The notes: generated from the sequence alone by a model not told the origin. A stretch of 64,000 nucleotides of DNA from Octopus sinensis (GCF_006345805.1 NC_043000.1:91822001-91886000), one strand, 5' to 3'; counted from the stretch's first letter, positions 25,437 to 38,526 are shown. Made by a program: numbers and translations.

Positions 25437-26845
25437 CATTGTGTAGCATTGTGTAGTTCTGAAGTTTTAGGGGAACACACAGACAGACTGACATATATTC
25501 TCAGTTTTATATATATACTAGAATTAAAGACCAGTCGTTGCCGGGTCATAGTGCTAGTGCATGTATATATGTGTATATATATGTGTAAATATTATATGTA
25601 CATCTATATATATACATCTACATATAAAATACAAAATACAAAGTTATATCTTGATATCGCCAGTGATAACAATACTCAAAATATATAACAGACTGGAATT
25701 GTTAGCCCGTCTCTTGTAATTTCGATCAATTGTATCTTGTATAGAAATGTGGCTACAATCCAGCCTACCTCTACTTCTGGTGGGGGGGGGGCATTTTAAA
25801 CTTTTATCCGGGACGTCCTACGCCCCAGATATAAAGGTAAAAATAAAATATTTCCACTTTGCAAGGTTCGAGTCGAGTACTCCCTTGCATGCTCCGTTGA
25901 CTAGAACCTTGCTTCTATTGTGGCGAATTTTCCGCCTCTGGTTAGATACTGGTTAGACGGCTGCGGCGAAACTCATTTTTGGACTTTCTTGTATCGAAGG
26001 CATTTTATCAAAAATGCTTCCGTGTAAACGGTGAAAATATTGTCAATTTCCCCAAACAGGGACGCAATTCAATTTTTAAACAGTAACCAAAGCTCATTCT
26101 CCCAAAGGGGGGGAGGGGTTACGGTTTACAATTATTTAACAAATGCAACACAACAACGCTTCCCTTACGAGGAACCAACAAACGTGATAACAATAGTTAA
26201 ATAGAAATAATAATAACAACAAACCTTACGGTAAACAAAAAAGCAGAACTCTGTTGAAGCTATAGTCCTTTATGGATCAGAAATAAACCAACAGCGGTAC
26301 TCAGTAGAAGCATCTTTCGTACAGCCAAACTTCATGTAGATACTTAATGCTTGCTAATTAGCAAATAATCTAATGTAAAAGCCGTGCACACCTCCATCTG
26401 GACTATTCCATTTCTGCACTTAAATTTCATTTTTTATTTATTCCCATTCATGTGAAACCACTGATTCAAGTTCAAGTCAATGATGCAATGCTACGATTTA
26501 ATCATTATATTATACTTTAGTTTGATTGTAATTATTACTTACTACATATAATGCAATTGTTATTATTATCTCTAATTTTTATTGTTAAAGTGAAAGTATC
26601 TGACATAAAATAGAGAGATGTTTTTGTTTCACTTTTAACACGTAATACTGAAATAGTGGAGAAGATATGATATTGCTGTGAGCTTGCCCTAGGCAAAAAG
26701 TTAAAATTTTTTTTGCTGATGACACTCCCCGGACCCTAAGTAAGGCATGTGTAAAATTTGAATGAAATTAGTTGTGTAGTTCTCAAGTTTTAGGGAAACA
26801 CACAAACAGACAGACAGACAGACACACATTCTCAGTTTTATATAT
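25437..26845 (+). mobile_element. Non-autonomous Helitron/Helentron-like (Lep1/HINE-like) element preceded by an extra 3' end
   Basis: Head ACTAG...GTCGTTGCCGGG at ~25516; tail TGTGTAGTTCT.AAGTTTTAGGG.AACACACA...TTCTCAGTTTTATATATAT at both ~25450-25515 and ~26775-26845. Confidence 0.55.
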
Positions 26846-26959
26846 ATATTATATATATATTATATATATATTATATATATATATATATTTATACATACAT
26901 ATATATATATATATCTATATATATATATATATTTATACATACATATATATATATATTAT

Positions 26960-27003
<44 letters not shown>

Positions 27004-27021
27004 CACACACACATATATATA

Positions 27022-28200
27022 CAGGGTGCGATGGATAAATTCTCACCACTTTAGATTTTTAATTTCGCGCATGTGCATTGTTTGTTTTTGATTTTGCCAA
27101 CTACACAGTATAGTAGGGTCAGTTGGGGACCATCTGTGAGAAAAACAGCAGCATGATGCTATTCACTCTGCCAGAAATTTTGAAATGATATGATGAACTG
27201 CTTGGCGTTCACACTGGAAGCTCCAATACGAACATTTCAGAGTGCTTGGGTGTCAATCTGAAAAGAACTCCTGAATTTGTTGGTGAGATCCCAGCTATGA
27301 TCGACAACGATCTCTCCAAGTCAATCAGGTCCATTGCCAGGGACACAGGAATGTATGAGTTTCTTATCAGGCAGGAAGTGCATGAAGACATTCAGTGTTC
27401 CTCATACAAGATGAGGGAGTACCAAATTTTATCAAAAGCCACAAAGGACAAGAGAAAAGACCATGCTACAAACATTTTGAACAAACTCAAGCATCCTATC
27501 CAACCGACCATGCTTTGGCTTTTCTCAGAAAAAAAATTTCAGCCAGGATCAGATGGTGAACACAAAGGACAACCGTTGGCTTGCCGTGTTTCCAAAACAT
27601 TTACCGAGATTGATGAAAATCAAACATCCAGTCAACATCATGGTGTTTCGAGTTATCACTAGTGATGGCGATGTTATGCCACACGGGAAGATGACTGGTG
27701 GCATCAAGTGTCTGGAGGAGGTAGCGCTGCCCTGGGTGAAGAGGGTGGCTACTAGAAAACCCTATGTCTGGCAACAAGATTCTGCACCATGTCACACAAG
27801 CAGAAGAAAACAGTCATGGCTGTCAAACAATTACTACGACCACATCACCCCTAAAATCTGGCCACCTAACTCCCCAGACTGCAGTCCACTTGGTTATTAT
27901 GTGTGGGGTGCAGTTAAGCGAGAGACCAACAGGATTCCTTGTAACACCAAAGATGAACTGAAGGCAAGGATTATGGCAGCATTTACCAACTTAAACAAGG
28001 AGATTGTCCAGAAGAGTTGCAGGAGATTCCGAAGTCATCTGGAGCCTGTGGTTCAATCCAATGGTGATTTTATTGAATAAAGTTACTCTTTACTATTTTA
28101 AGATATCTTTATATAATTTTGGTAAATATATCTGTGAAAATGAGATGTCAGTGTTATTTTTATTTTTGCGTAATTTAGACAACAATATATTCACATACCT
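27022..28200 (+). mobile_element. Tc1/mariner DD37D (maT-type) transposon remnant
   Basis: Starts TA|CAGGGTGCG; frameshifted transposase (ORFs 27246..27662 and 27553..28080) with WQQDSAPCH...WPPNSPDCSPLGYYVW; 37 residues separate the 2nd D from the 3rd catalytic position. Confidence 0.88.
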
Positions 28201-28209
28201 TTTATATAC

Positions 28210-28278
<69 letters not shown>

Positions 28279-28363
28279 CCTCTGGATACCCTTGTTGCTT
28301 ATTTTGATTATATATATAGATATATATATATATTATATATATATATATACGCACACGCACACA

Positions 28364-28770
28364 CACTAACAATGCATCCCGGCGTTGCTCGGGTGTTCTG
28401 ACCTACAAGCACATTGTATTATTTGCTCCTTTCTTATCGCCAGATTCGGCACAGCTGATATATAGTTAATGGAATAATGGAAGTTATTTTTTGTTTAATA
28501 GTGAAGGACGATGGTACAATTTGTATAGGTTTGTATGAAAGTGCTTTCTGTTCTTAAGAAGGATCAGAAACTATGTATTGTTTCATCGCATATAAAGGGT
28601 TTAATACGATTTTGTCCAAAAATCACGTTTTCAAAATTTTAATTTCCCTCTATCCCCATCAAAATTTTTTAATTTGTAACATTTTCTAAATTTTTTTTTC
28701 ATTATTCACACATCGTCACTCTTTGCAACACTTTTAATTTTGGTTCAACTTGAAATTGTAAAACTATTTT
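28364..28770 (+). mobile_element. Helitron/Helentron-like non-autonomous element, 5' part
   Basis: ACTAAC...CCCGGCGTTGCTCGGG terminal hairpin right after a TA/CA tract. Confidence 0.45.
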
Positions 28771-29104
28771 CATTTTCTAATGAAACCTGGTCGTTGTAGA
28801 GAAGTGTATTTGAAATGACTGTAGCTGGTTATTGAGATAAAGCAGGAAGTATATAAATGAAAATAAAGTTTATTTGATATGTGTAATTGATTTGATTGTT
28901 CTGGAAGACAGCGAGCTGGGAAAATCGTTAGCATCCCCGGCAAAATGCTTGAGCGGTATTTCGCCTGTTCAAATGCCGCCGGAGTCAACTTTGCCTTTCA
29001 TCTTTTCGAGATCGATAAATTAAGTACCAGTGAGACACTGCGGCCGATGTAGTCGATGTTCCCCTCCCTTGTGCCTATAATATAAAGAATTTGACTGTTC
29101 TGGT

Positions 29105-29375
29105 CTTAACATCAGTTGGTAAGAATAGAAGTCATTTGGTGACATCTTTTTGTTTGTAATTGACTATCCTGTTGCAGGTTCAAACCGGGGAGTGTTGAGA
29201 TAATACCCATTGTGTCCATCCCACAGAATAAGATTATCCTGGAGAGCATCATAAGAAGAGTGAGTCTGCGAAATACGTTTAAGGTTATCTTGAACACGAA
29301 TGAGAATATCATGATTTTCAATGGGATCACCATCCATAAATATAGCTGCTTCATTTGATGTGGGCTCATTAAAAC
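29105..29375 (-). pseudogene. Helitron Rep-region fragment
   Basis: Minus-strand frame not in the ORF track: NEPTSNEAAIFMDG...HDILIRVQDNLKRISQTHSSYDALQ..LILWDGHNGYYLN...*...KMSPNDFYSYQLM. Confidence 0.8.
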
Positions 29376-29992
29376 AGAGTAAAATCTTCTTTACTATAGT
29401 TTACTATAGACGTAACGAACGCAAACACACACACACGCACGCACACACTCATAGAATTGATAATATTGAAAACAGCAAAACGTACACACACGAAGTTCAA
29501 GCGAAAGGAAATGTAGTCAATATAAGTGCAAAACATACTTTCTCTAGCCTAGTTATGCTATAAAAGAATGCAAAGTCACCAATTTAGTAAAAGTTAGTAT
29601 GCTTCACCAATGTAAGAAAGTACAGAAAGTCAACATTTATTTGGAACATGTACTAAATTTTATAAAATTCACGATTGAATGAATGTCACGGTAAGAAAGT
29701 GAATGTTCAAGAAAATTCAGAAGGCATAATTCAATTTTTCATACAAAAATAAATTATTTACAATTTTGGAACGAACGCTGAACTAAGTGTATAAAAAGGA
29801 GGATTCGACGTTGATACAGTGATGAAGAATACAAGGACTGTTAAAAAAAGAACATTACCTTGAAACTGGCGAGAAGGAGTGGAATAACATTTCTGTATTT
29901 ATATTGAAAGAGCCGCTGAGGCTTTCTATTTCGCAAGTTTCCGAAATTGTAAAATAACCAAATTAATATTATATATATAATACATATAATAT

Positions 29993-30054
<62 letters not shown>

Positions 30055-30188
30055 TATCTATATATATTATATATGTGTATATATGTATATATATTATGTT
30101 ATATAATAATAATATTAGGGAGTAAATCCAAACTTACAGGGAAAAATTAGATTTAGGATTAAATCTAATTTTATAGTATAAATATATA

Positions 30189-30432
30189 TATATTAAATTA
30201 GAGATAAAACCACTATTAGGCAAATAAAACAGTGAAAACATAAGCCAATACATAGAAATAAAATTAATTAAAAAATATATAAAAATATAAAAAAAAATAT
30301 AAAAATCCAATAAAATATTTAGATTAAAGTTAAAATTTTAAAAAATTATTTAAAATTAATATTAAATAATGTATTGGCTTATGATTTTCACTGTTTGATT
30401 TGCTAATAGTGTTTTATCTCTAATTTAATATA
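30189..30432. repeat. Fold-back: ~65-bp inverted repeat with a ~115-bp AT-rich loop
   Basis: 30189-30253 (TATTAAATTAGAGATAAAAC...AAGCCAATACAT) pairs with 30369-30432. Confidence 0.85.
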
Positions 30433-31193
30433 ATATATATATATATATAGAATATAAATATATATATATATGATATATATATATATATTATAATAATATA
30501 TATATAATTCGATATATTTGCGACTATTGTAAGTTGTGTTAAATCAACCAAATTTTCATTGTTGGTAGTACTTGAAAGTGAAAGTTGTTGTTTGTTTGAA
30601 GTCTAGGCCGCAAGTAAACTTTCAATATCGGCGCATTTCACTGTTGGAGTGGGGAAGTTACATACATAAACTAAGAGAGACACACACACGTACATTAACG
30701 CACACGTGAAATCCATCTCTGTCACTGTGTGTGTCTGCCTTTGTCTTTAGATGTGTGTGCGTGTTAGTTGTCACAAACATGTATGTATAGTGACAGACAC
30801 ATACACCGTCACGCACATATACTTGTAAGTCATCGGCCTAACGTAGGTAACGAAGGTGCGAACATACTCGTATAGAAAATGTAACGTCATCGTCATTGTG
30901 GGAGGTATATAAAATGTCGTTTACGATAGGTGACTAAAAGAAAAATAATAATGTTAAAATTTTGTAATGGAAATATGTGAATGAATATATAGTTTAGCTG
31001 GTAGCCAAAAGCTTACTAAATCTTTTGATACACCTTACGACAACATCGGCAATTCGATTTTGGAATGCACAAGGAACATACGCAAGCATCATACACACAC
31101 ATAACATTCTCTTTTATATATATATTATATATATATTATATATATATAATATATAAAAAGTTGAGTTGTGGGGGTTATCGCACGAGTGGGATT

Positions 31194-32651
31194 ATATAAG
31201 AAAAAAGGTTTGAAAATGCAATTTAAACGATGTTTATTTACTTAACCGGTTTCACTCTTTGGTTTAAAAGATTGTCAAAAGTAACATTAAAAGTAACATT
31301 GAATAATATGGGTTCAAAAAAGTTTTTTAATAATTGTCACATTGAATATTATGCATTCAAAAGTTTTTTACATAATTGTCACTTGGATATTATGAATTCA
31401 AAATGTTTTTTTATACATAATTGTCACATTACATGTATAAATATAGTGTTTGGTAACAGAGAAGTTCAATAGTGTGATGAGAATATTTGGAAAAATGGTG
31501 CAGCAGAAAAGGATAAAACAAATATATTATTGGAAATTTGGTTGCGTTAATTATTGGTTGTCACAAATTGTCACATTACATGTATATATATACAGTCTTT
31601 GGTATATATATACACACAGTCTTTTGCCAGCAAAAATTAAAATGGATTTTTATACATCTCAGAATATTTTAAGTTGAAGGCGAGAATACGTTTTTACTGA
31701 CCTGTTTGTTTTTAGCGAAAGTTGAATTGAGAGAAAAAAAAGATATGTACCCAGTGTGGTGTATACTTCCCCTTCAAGCATCAATGATTTGGGTTATCAG
31801 GAGGTTAGTATGTGGGGTGAATAGATGTGTCCTTGCCTGCTGGTCAGACAACGTCTGTTTGTCACACAACATATATATACACACACACACACACATAACA
31901 ACACACATACACACACACACATAGTATACAAACACACACCACATACACACAACACACACAGAATACACCAACAAACACATACACAACGCACCACATATAT
32001 AATATATACACACAGCACACAAATATAACATGGATTTATATAAATATACACACATATATAACACACATACACACACAACACACACACACAACACACGCAC
32101 ACCATAATACATAATATAAATATCACACAAATACACCTAGCATATATATACACATACAATACACACATACAGCATGTATATAATACACATACACATATAT
32201 GCATGCAATATACGTACGCAATACATACATATAATATATATATATATAGACAATGCATATACATATATACATGTATTACATATTAAATAGTGTTTACATA
32301 CACATACATAGATATACCACATATACACACAATATACATACATACAATGCATACACATACACGTACGCATACATATATATATATAAACACACACATAAAT
32401 GCATACACAATGCATACATATATCTACACGCAATGCTATACATGTATTCATGCATATATAGCCACACTACAATATACATATTAACAATGCCACACATACA
32501 CACATATATCCACTTAATATATCCAACTTTTTTGAACCCATATTATTCAATGTTACTTTTAATGTTACTTTTGACAATCTTTTACCAAAGAGTGAAACCG
32601 GTTAAGTAAATAACACTCGTTTAAATTGCATTTTCAAACCTTTTCTTATAT
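31194..32651. mobile_element. Non-autonomous element with ~130-bp terminal inverted repeats
   Basis: 31194-31324 and 32525-32651 are near-perfect reverse complements; internal ~40-bp tandem repeats (ATAATTGTCAC...) and a CA-rich tract; TA flanks. Confidence 0.75.
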
Positions 32652-32939
32652 ATATAATATATATATTATATATATTATATTATATATATATATAATTAGT
32701 ATTATTTGAGGGAATAATAATTTCTTAAATAGAACCACGAAACACCTGTCATTATTCTACCTATTATATACGTTTTTATTATTATTTTTTTGCATTCACT
32801 TAATCATTGACATTTTATTGTATTTTAATTTTAATATTTCTGTTATATGTAATTTCTAGATTGTTGTTTTTGTTAATTAATTGTCATTTGAATGATAAAA
32901 GGTGGTTTTTCTAATTTATATATACATATATATATATAT

Positions 32940-33992
32940 AATAAATAAAAATATATGCATACATACAAACATATATGTACGTACCTACATCTACATGTAT
33001 ATATACATGCATATATAAATAAATATACGTAAGTACAGGACAACACAACAAGACGTAGAAACGGGAAAAACAAAATTTTAAGACGTAGAAACGGGAAAAA
33101 CAAAAATTTTTTACAAGAAAACAAGTACAGGACATGCTACACAAGGAAAAATCCACCGTGATCAGCTGTCGCAAGTTAACTCAGGCGTGTTTCGAAGGCA
33201 AGACAGGACACATCGTCAACTAGGCCTTCCTGCGAGAGAATTAAAATAAAATTCCAAGCAGCGGGGTAAAACGGGTAACAACACAAACAGGATGTAACAA
33301 TAAAACTGCACAATAAAATACAAGATAAAAATACATGTACAAAAAAATACAAGACGAGAAATAAAAAGAGAATACAATACGGGAAATCAAACAAACAAGA
33401 GAACAAGTGAGAAAAAACAAACAAACGAAAATGCCTTTTTTTGGCTAGACGAAAGATGTGTGTGGCAGCGTGTGGAAAGCTTGACTTTTCAGTAGCAGAG
33501 GCAGCGTGCGAAAGAAAGAAATTTTTAGGCTGGCGGTGAGAAAGAAGGAAGGAGGAGGGGGACACGCGGCTAAGAGAGAGAAAAGAGGAAGAGTGAGAGG
33601 GAGAGAGAGTGGAGAGGGTAAAGCAAAGGGAGCGAATTTCGCGTCTTAAATATATATATAAAAATTAAATGGAGACAAGAAGTGGAACGAACCGATAAAT
33701 CGAAACGAACCTGACGCGAGACGCTGTCAGACAATAATGTAATAAATAAAAATATATGCATACATACAAACATATATGTACGTACCTATATCTACATGTA
33801 TATATACATGCATATATAAATAAATATACGTAAGTACAGGACAACACAAGACGTAGAAACGGGAAAAACAAAATTTTTTTTTTTACAAGAAAACAAGTAC
33901 AGGACATGCTACACAAGGAAAAATCCACCGTCATCAGCTGTCGCTAGTTAACTCAGGCGTGTTTCGAAGGCAACACAGGACACATCGTCAAC
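32940..33992 (-). mobile_element. LTR-like element: two ~250-280 bp direct repeats around a ~520-bp core
   Basis: 32940-33220 is nearly identical to 33741-33992, apart from a ~30-bp internal duplication in the first copy. Confidence 0.7.
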
Positions 33993-34356
33993 GATTCACA
34001 TATACCCACGCATGCTAGCGTTAAATGATGATATATATATATATATTATATATATATATATATATATACATACATATGTGTATATATTGTTGTATTTAGG
34101 AATGGTCATTTTGCCAGATTAGCCGATAAAAGCACATGCACTATATATTCGGTGTTACTTCAGCGTTATTTATTTTTTACATTAATCTTAATCTTATTTT
34201 GGCCAGAGTTCTTTCGTCACACTCCTGTGACTGCATCAAATATATAGTGCGTGTGTTTTATTGGTTAAATTGGCAAAAGACCATCCCTAAATACAACAAT
34301 AATATTTCAATACACAATTTCACATCAAAAATTGCAAAACAATATATAAACGTAAC

Positions 34357-34414
<58 letters not shown>

Positions 34415-34494
34415 TATATATATATATATATATATATATATAGATTTTATATATATATATATATATAATATCATATATAATATTATATATATAT

Positions 34495-34850
34495 AACAGA
34501 CCATAAAAAAAATACTAACTGGGTCAAGAACGCAAAACATTTAGAAGACGATACAAAAAACACGGACGGGACATTCGAAGCCTTCAATCTTCAGTCAAGA
34601 ACCGGATCATCCTCGCAATTTCGGCTGATTAATCTTGAGATTGCTCCGACCTGGCCAGCCCCAAAGGAAAATCTAAGCCAAGCGCATTAGATTCCTTGGA
34701 AGAAAGCCTCGAATGTATACAAAACAAGGACGGGAACGAATAAGAATACAAAAAAATACGTAAAAACAATAATGATAACACGAATAAGAATACGAAAATA
34801 CGTAAAAACAATAATGATAATAATAATAACAAAAACAGGACGTCATACTC
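34495..34850 (-). mobile_element. Penelope-LTR-like repeat fragment next to (TA)n
   Basis: CpG-rich, T-rich on the minus strand, ~38-bp internal direct repeat, hammerhead-like words CTGAAGA...TTCGAATGTC. Confidence 0.4.
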
Positions 34851-35308
34851 ATATATACATATATATTTAAATTTTACTTACTTGTCCAGTCATTTGACTG
34901 AGGCAATGCTGGAGCACCATCTTGAATGATTTTAGCCAAATGAATCGACCTGAAGACACATTTTTTAAAGCCTAGTACTTATTCTATCGTTTAATCTTAT
35001 TTCTTTATTGCCCACAAGGGGCTAAACATAGAGGGGACAAACAAGGACAGACAAAGGAATTAAGTCAAATACATCGAAACCAGTGCGTAACTGGTACTTA
35101 ATTTATCGACCACAAAAGAATGAAAGGTAAAAATGACCTCGGCAGATTTGAACTCAGAGTGTAACAGCAGACGAATACCACTAAGCATTTTACTAGATCT
35201 ATCATGCGAAGATATATATATATATGTGTGTGGTGTGTGCATATAACATATGTGTATATATATATATATATTAATATATATATGTATGTATGTATGTATA
35301 TATGTTAA

Positions 35309-35705
35309 GGTGCAGGAGTGGCTGTGAGGTAAGTAGCTTGCTTACCAACCACATGATTGTGGGTCCAGTCCCACTGCATGATTCCTTGGGCAAGTGTCTT
35401 CTAGTATAGCCTTGGGCCGACCAAGTGGACTTAGTAGACAGAAACTGAAAGAAGCTCGTCGTATATATGTATATATATATATGTATGTATATATGTATGT
35501 CTGTGTACATGTTTGTGTGTCTGTGTTTGTCCCCCCAACATTGCTTGACAACCGATGCTGGTGTGTTTACGTCCCTGTAACTTGGCAGTTCGGTAAAAGA
35601 GACCAATAGGCTTACAAAGAATAAGTCCTGGAGTCGATTTGCTCGACTAAAGACGGTGCTCCAGCGTGGCCACAGTAAAATGACTGAAACAAGTAAAAGA
35701 GTAAA
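35309..35705 (+). mobile_element. SINE family A, full length
   Basis: Head and tail match the other family A copies. Confidence 0.88.
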
Positions 35706-36142
35706 GAGAGTGCTTGAGAGGGCCCGTCAAGCCAAGTGAAAACGAGTGATGGGCCTCATGGAAGCAAGTGGCTGAGTTCATTTCATGCATTGAGATCCAT
35801 GGAAGCAAAGTCGCTGAGTTCTTTTTGAGTGTTCAGCCTCACAGAGGCAATGATTGTGACCTTTGGCATTATGTCATGCTTGAGAAGAAGACACATCAAT
35901 CCGAGCAAAATTGCAGTCGTGATACACAAAGGGCAGTCATACTGGTGGCGCGTAAAAAGCATCCAACCCGTGCCAGCATAGACAGCCGACATTAAATGAT
36001 GATGATGATGATATATATGTATGCATGTATGTGTGTATGTATGTATGTATGTATGTATGTATGTATGTATGTATGTATGTATGTATCTCTCTATATGTAT
36101 GAATATATATGTAGTGTGTGTATATATATGTATGTATGTATG

Positions 36143-36419
36143 CAGGAGAATAGCTAAGGTGGGGTAAGTAGGGCACATGCCCTGGGCACCAGTTTGAGTG
36201 GGGCAAAATTTACCCAAGATCATTTTTTGATTAAGCCATTAAAAAAATTTGAAAACTTTTTCAAGCATGGTTTGTTTTGCTTGTTACCATCCATGCCACA
36301 AGACAGACTAGGTGGTTCTTACTTGACCTCATAAAATGCATGCACTGTTTTTTGGTTGGGGGCAGAGGGCACAATTTTGATGCTTCACCTGGGTACCATT
36401 TACCCTAGCTACACCCCTG
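36143..36419. mobile_element. hAT-type MITE
   Basis: Imperfect TIRs CAGGAGAATAGCTAAGG / CCCTAGCTACACCCCTG; 8-bp flanks TATGTATG and TATGTATC consistent with a hAT TSD. Confidence 0.7.
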
Positions 36420-36547
36420 TATGTATCTATGCATATATGTATGTATATATGTGTATCTGTATATACATATATGTGTAAATATATATATATATGTATCTAC
36501 CAATCTATCTATCTATCTATCATCTATCTCTACATATATACTTATAT

Positions 36548-36591
<44 letters not shown>

Positions 36592-37099
36592 TTATATACC
36601 TCTGTCTCCCTATCTCTATTCATTATCATTTTCCTTTCTGTGTCACTTCATTGCTTTGATTCCCTTGAATAATCAAATGTATAATTTAAAATTCCATATT
36701 TATAATTGGAATCCACATCAGGAAACCTTAAAGAACACAATCTGCAATCGTTTTTCCTTTATATAACATTTAAAATAGATACTTGTCTCTATAAAGACAC
36801 ACATACACACACACATGCTTATATATACATGCATATGCACAAATATTTGTATAATATATATAATATATATGTTCATTTACATATATGTATACATGTATAT
36901 ATATGTGTCTATATATATACAACTATGTGTATCTGTATAATATATATATTATATGTATTCGTCTGTCTGTCTGTCTCCATCTCTTCTTTCTCTCCCTCTA
37001 TATATGTATATGTTTATATATATATATGTTATATATATAATTATATATATATATATATATATAATATATATATATATAATTATATACATATATATACAT

Positions 37100-37132
<33 letters not shown>

Positions 37133-37160
37133 TATACATATATAATATTGTATATATATA

Positions 37161-37198
<38 letters not shown>

Positions 37199-37679
37199 TG
37201 TATATATATATATATACACACACACCCCATATATATATACATATATATGTAATATATTGCCCTCTAGCAATGTTAAAATTTTGAGTAGAGGACAGAAATT
37301 ATTTAATATTTTTTGTTGAAGCCTTATATGAACAGTATTGGAATCATCTGGAAGTTTGATTGATAATTTTCAAATCTTCATGATGGATGTATATATTTTT
37401 TAATATGATACAATTATACAATATCTATCCCACCAGCCTTCCGTTTCTTCATCTAGATGGTATATAGTGATCTATATCAATATATTTTGGAATATATTTT
37501 ACAATTTGTTACTAACTCTCTCTCCAAATACACACGCATGCATACAGACAGAAACACATATGGAGGCATACTGCACTCCCTAGCACACACAATACTTGTT
37601 CATACATACTGAAGTGTGTGTATTTATATATATATCATATATATGTATGTATGTATGTATATATATATATATATATATG

Positions 37680-37778
<99 letters not shown>

Positions 37779-37779
37779 A

Positions 37780-37814
<35 letters not shown>

Positions 37815-38254
37815 AATACATATATAATATATATATATATATTTATATATATATATATATATTATATATATAAATACATATATATAAAAATATATATATA
37901 TATATGGCTTTGTGGATAGAGTGTCAGGCACACAATCATGAGGTAGTGAGTTTGATTCCCAGACCGGGCTATGTGTTATGTTCTTAAGCAAGACATTTAA
38001 TTTCATGTTGCTCCATTTCACCTCTTGTTTTGACATTGTGGGGTTTATAAATGATTGGCACAGACATGCAAGCAGTTACATTCATTTCCAATGTTCTGCA
38101 AAATATGTCTGGCCTCACAAAAATATTAACTTGGTTGGAAACTGGGGTGTATTGGCAATGGGAAGAACTGGGGTGTATTGGCAATGGGAAGAACTTTCAA
38201 CCCTAAAAAATATGTATCATTAGATAATAATAACAACAACAACAATAATTATAA

Positions 38255-38460
38255 TCCTTTCTACTGGAAGTACAAGGCCTCAAATTTGGGGGAAGAGATT
38301 AAGTTGATTATATCGACCCCAGTGCATAACTGGTACTTATTTAATTGAACCTGAAAGGATGAATGGCAAAGTCGACCCTGGTGAAATTGCCTTTCATCAT
38401 TTCGGGGTCAATTAAATAAGTACCAGTTATGCACTGGGGTTGATGTAATCGACTTAATCC
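38255..38460. repeat. Snap-back (inverted) SINE family B copy
   Basis: Arms 38297-38369 and 38387-38459 are reverse complements. Confidence 0.88.
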
Positions 38461-38491
38461 TTTAATAATAATAATAATAATAATAATAATC

Positions 38492-38526
<35 letters not shown>

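Noticed and set aside
25862-25880. GGTTCGAGTC B-box suggesting a tRNA gene
   Set aside because: No cloverleaf or A-box; the SINE heads elsewhere are likewise not tRNA genes
32700-32760. CCACGAAACACCTGTC hammerhead 3' half
   Set aside because: No intact CUGANGA upstream and no convincing stems
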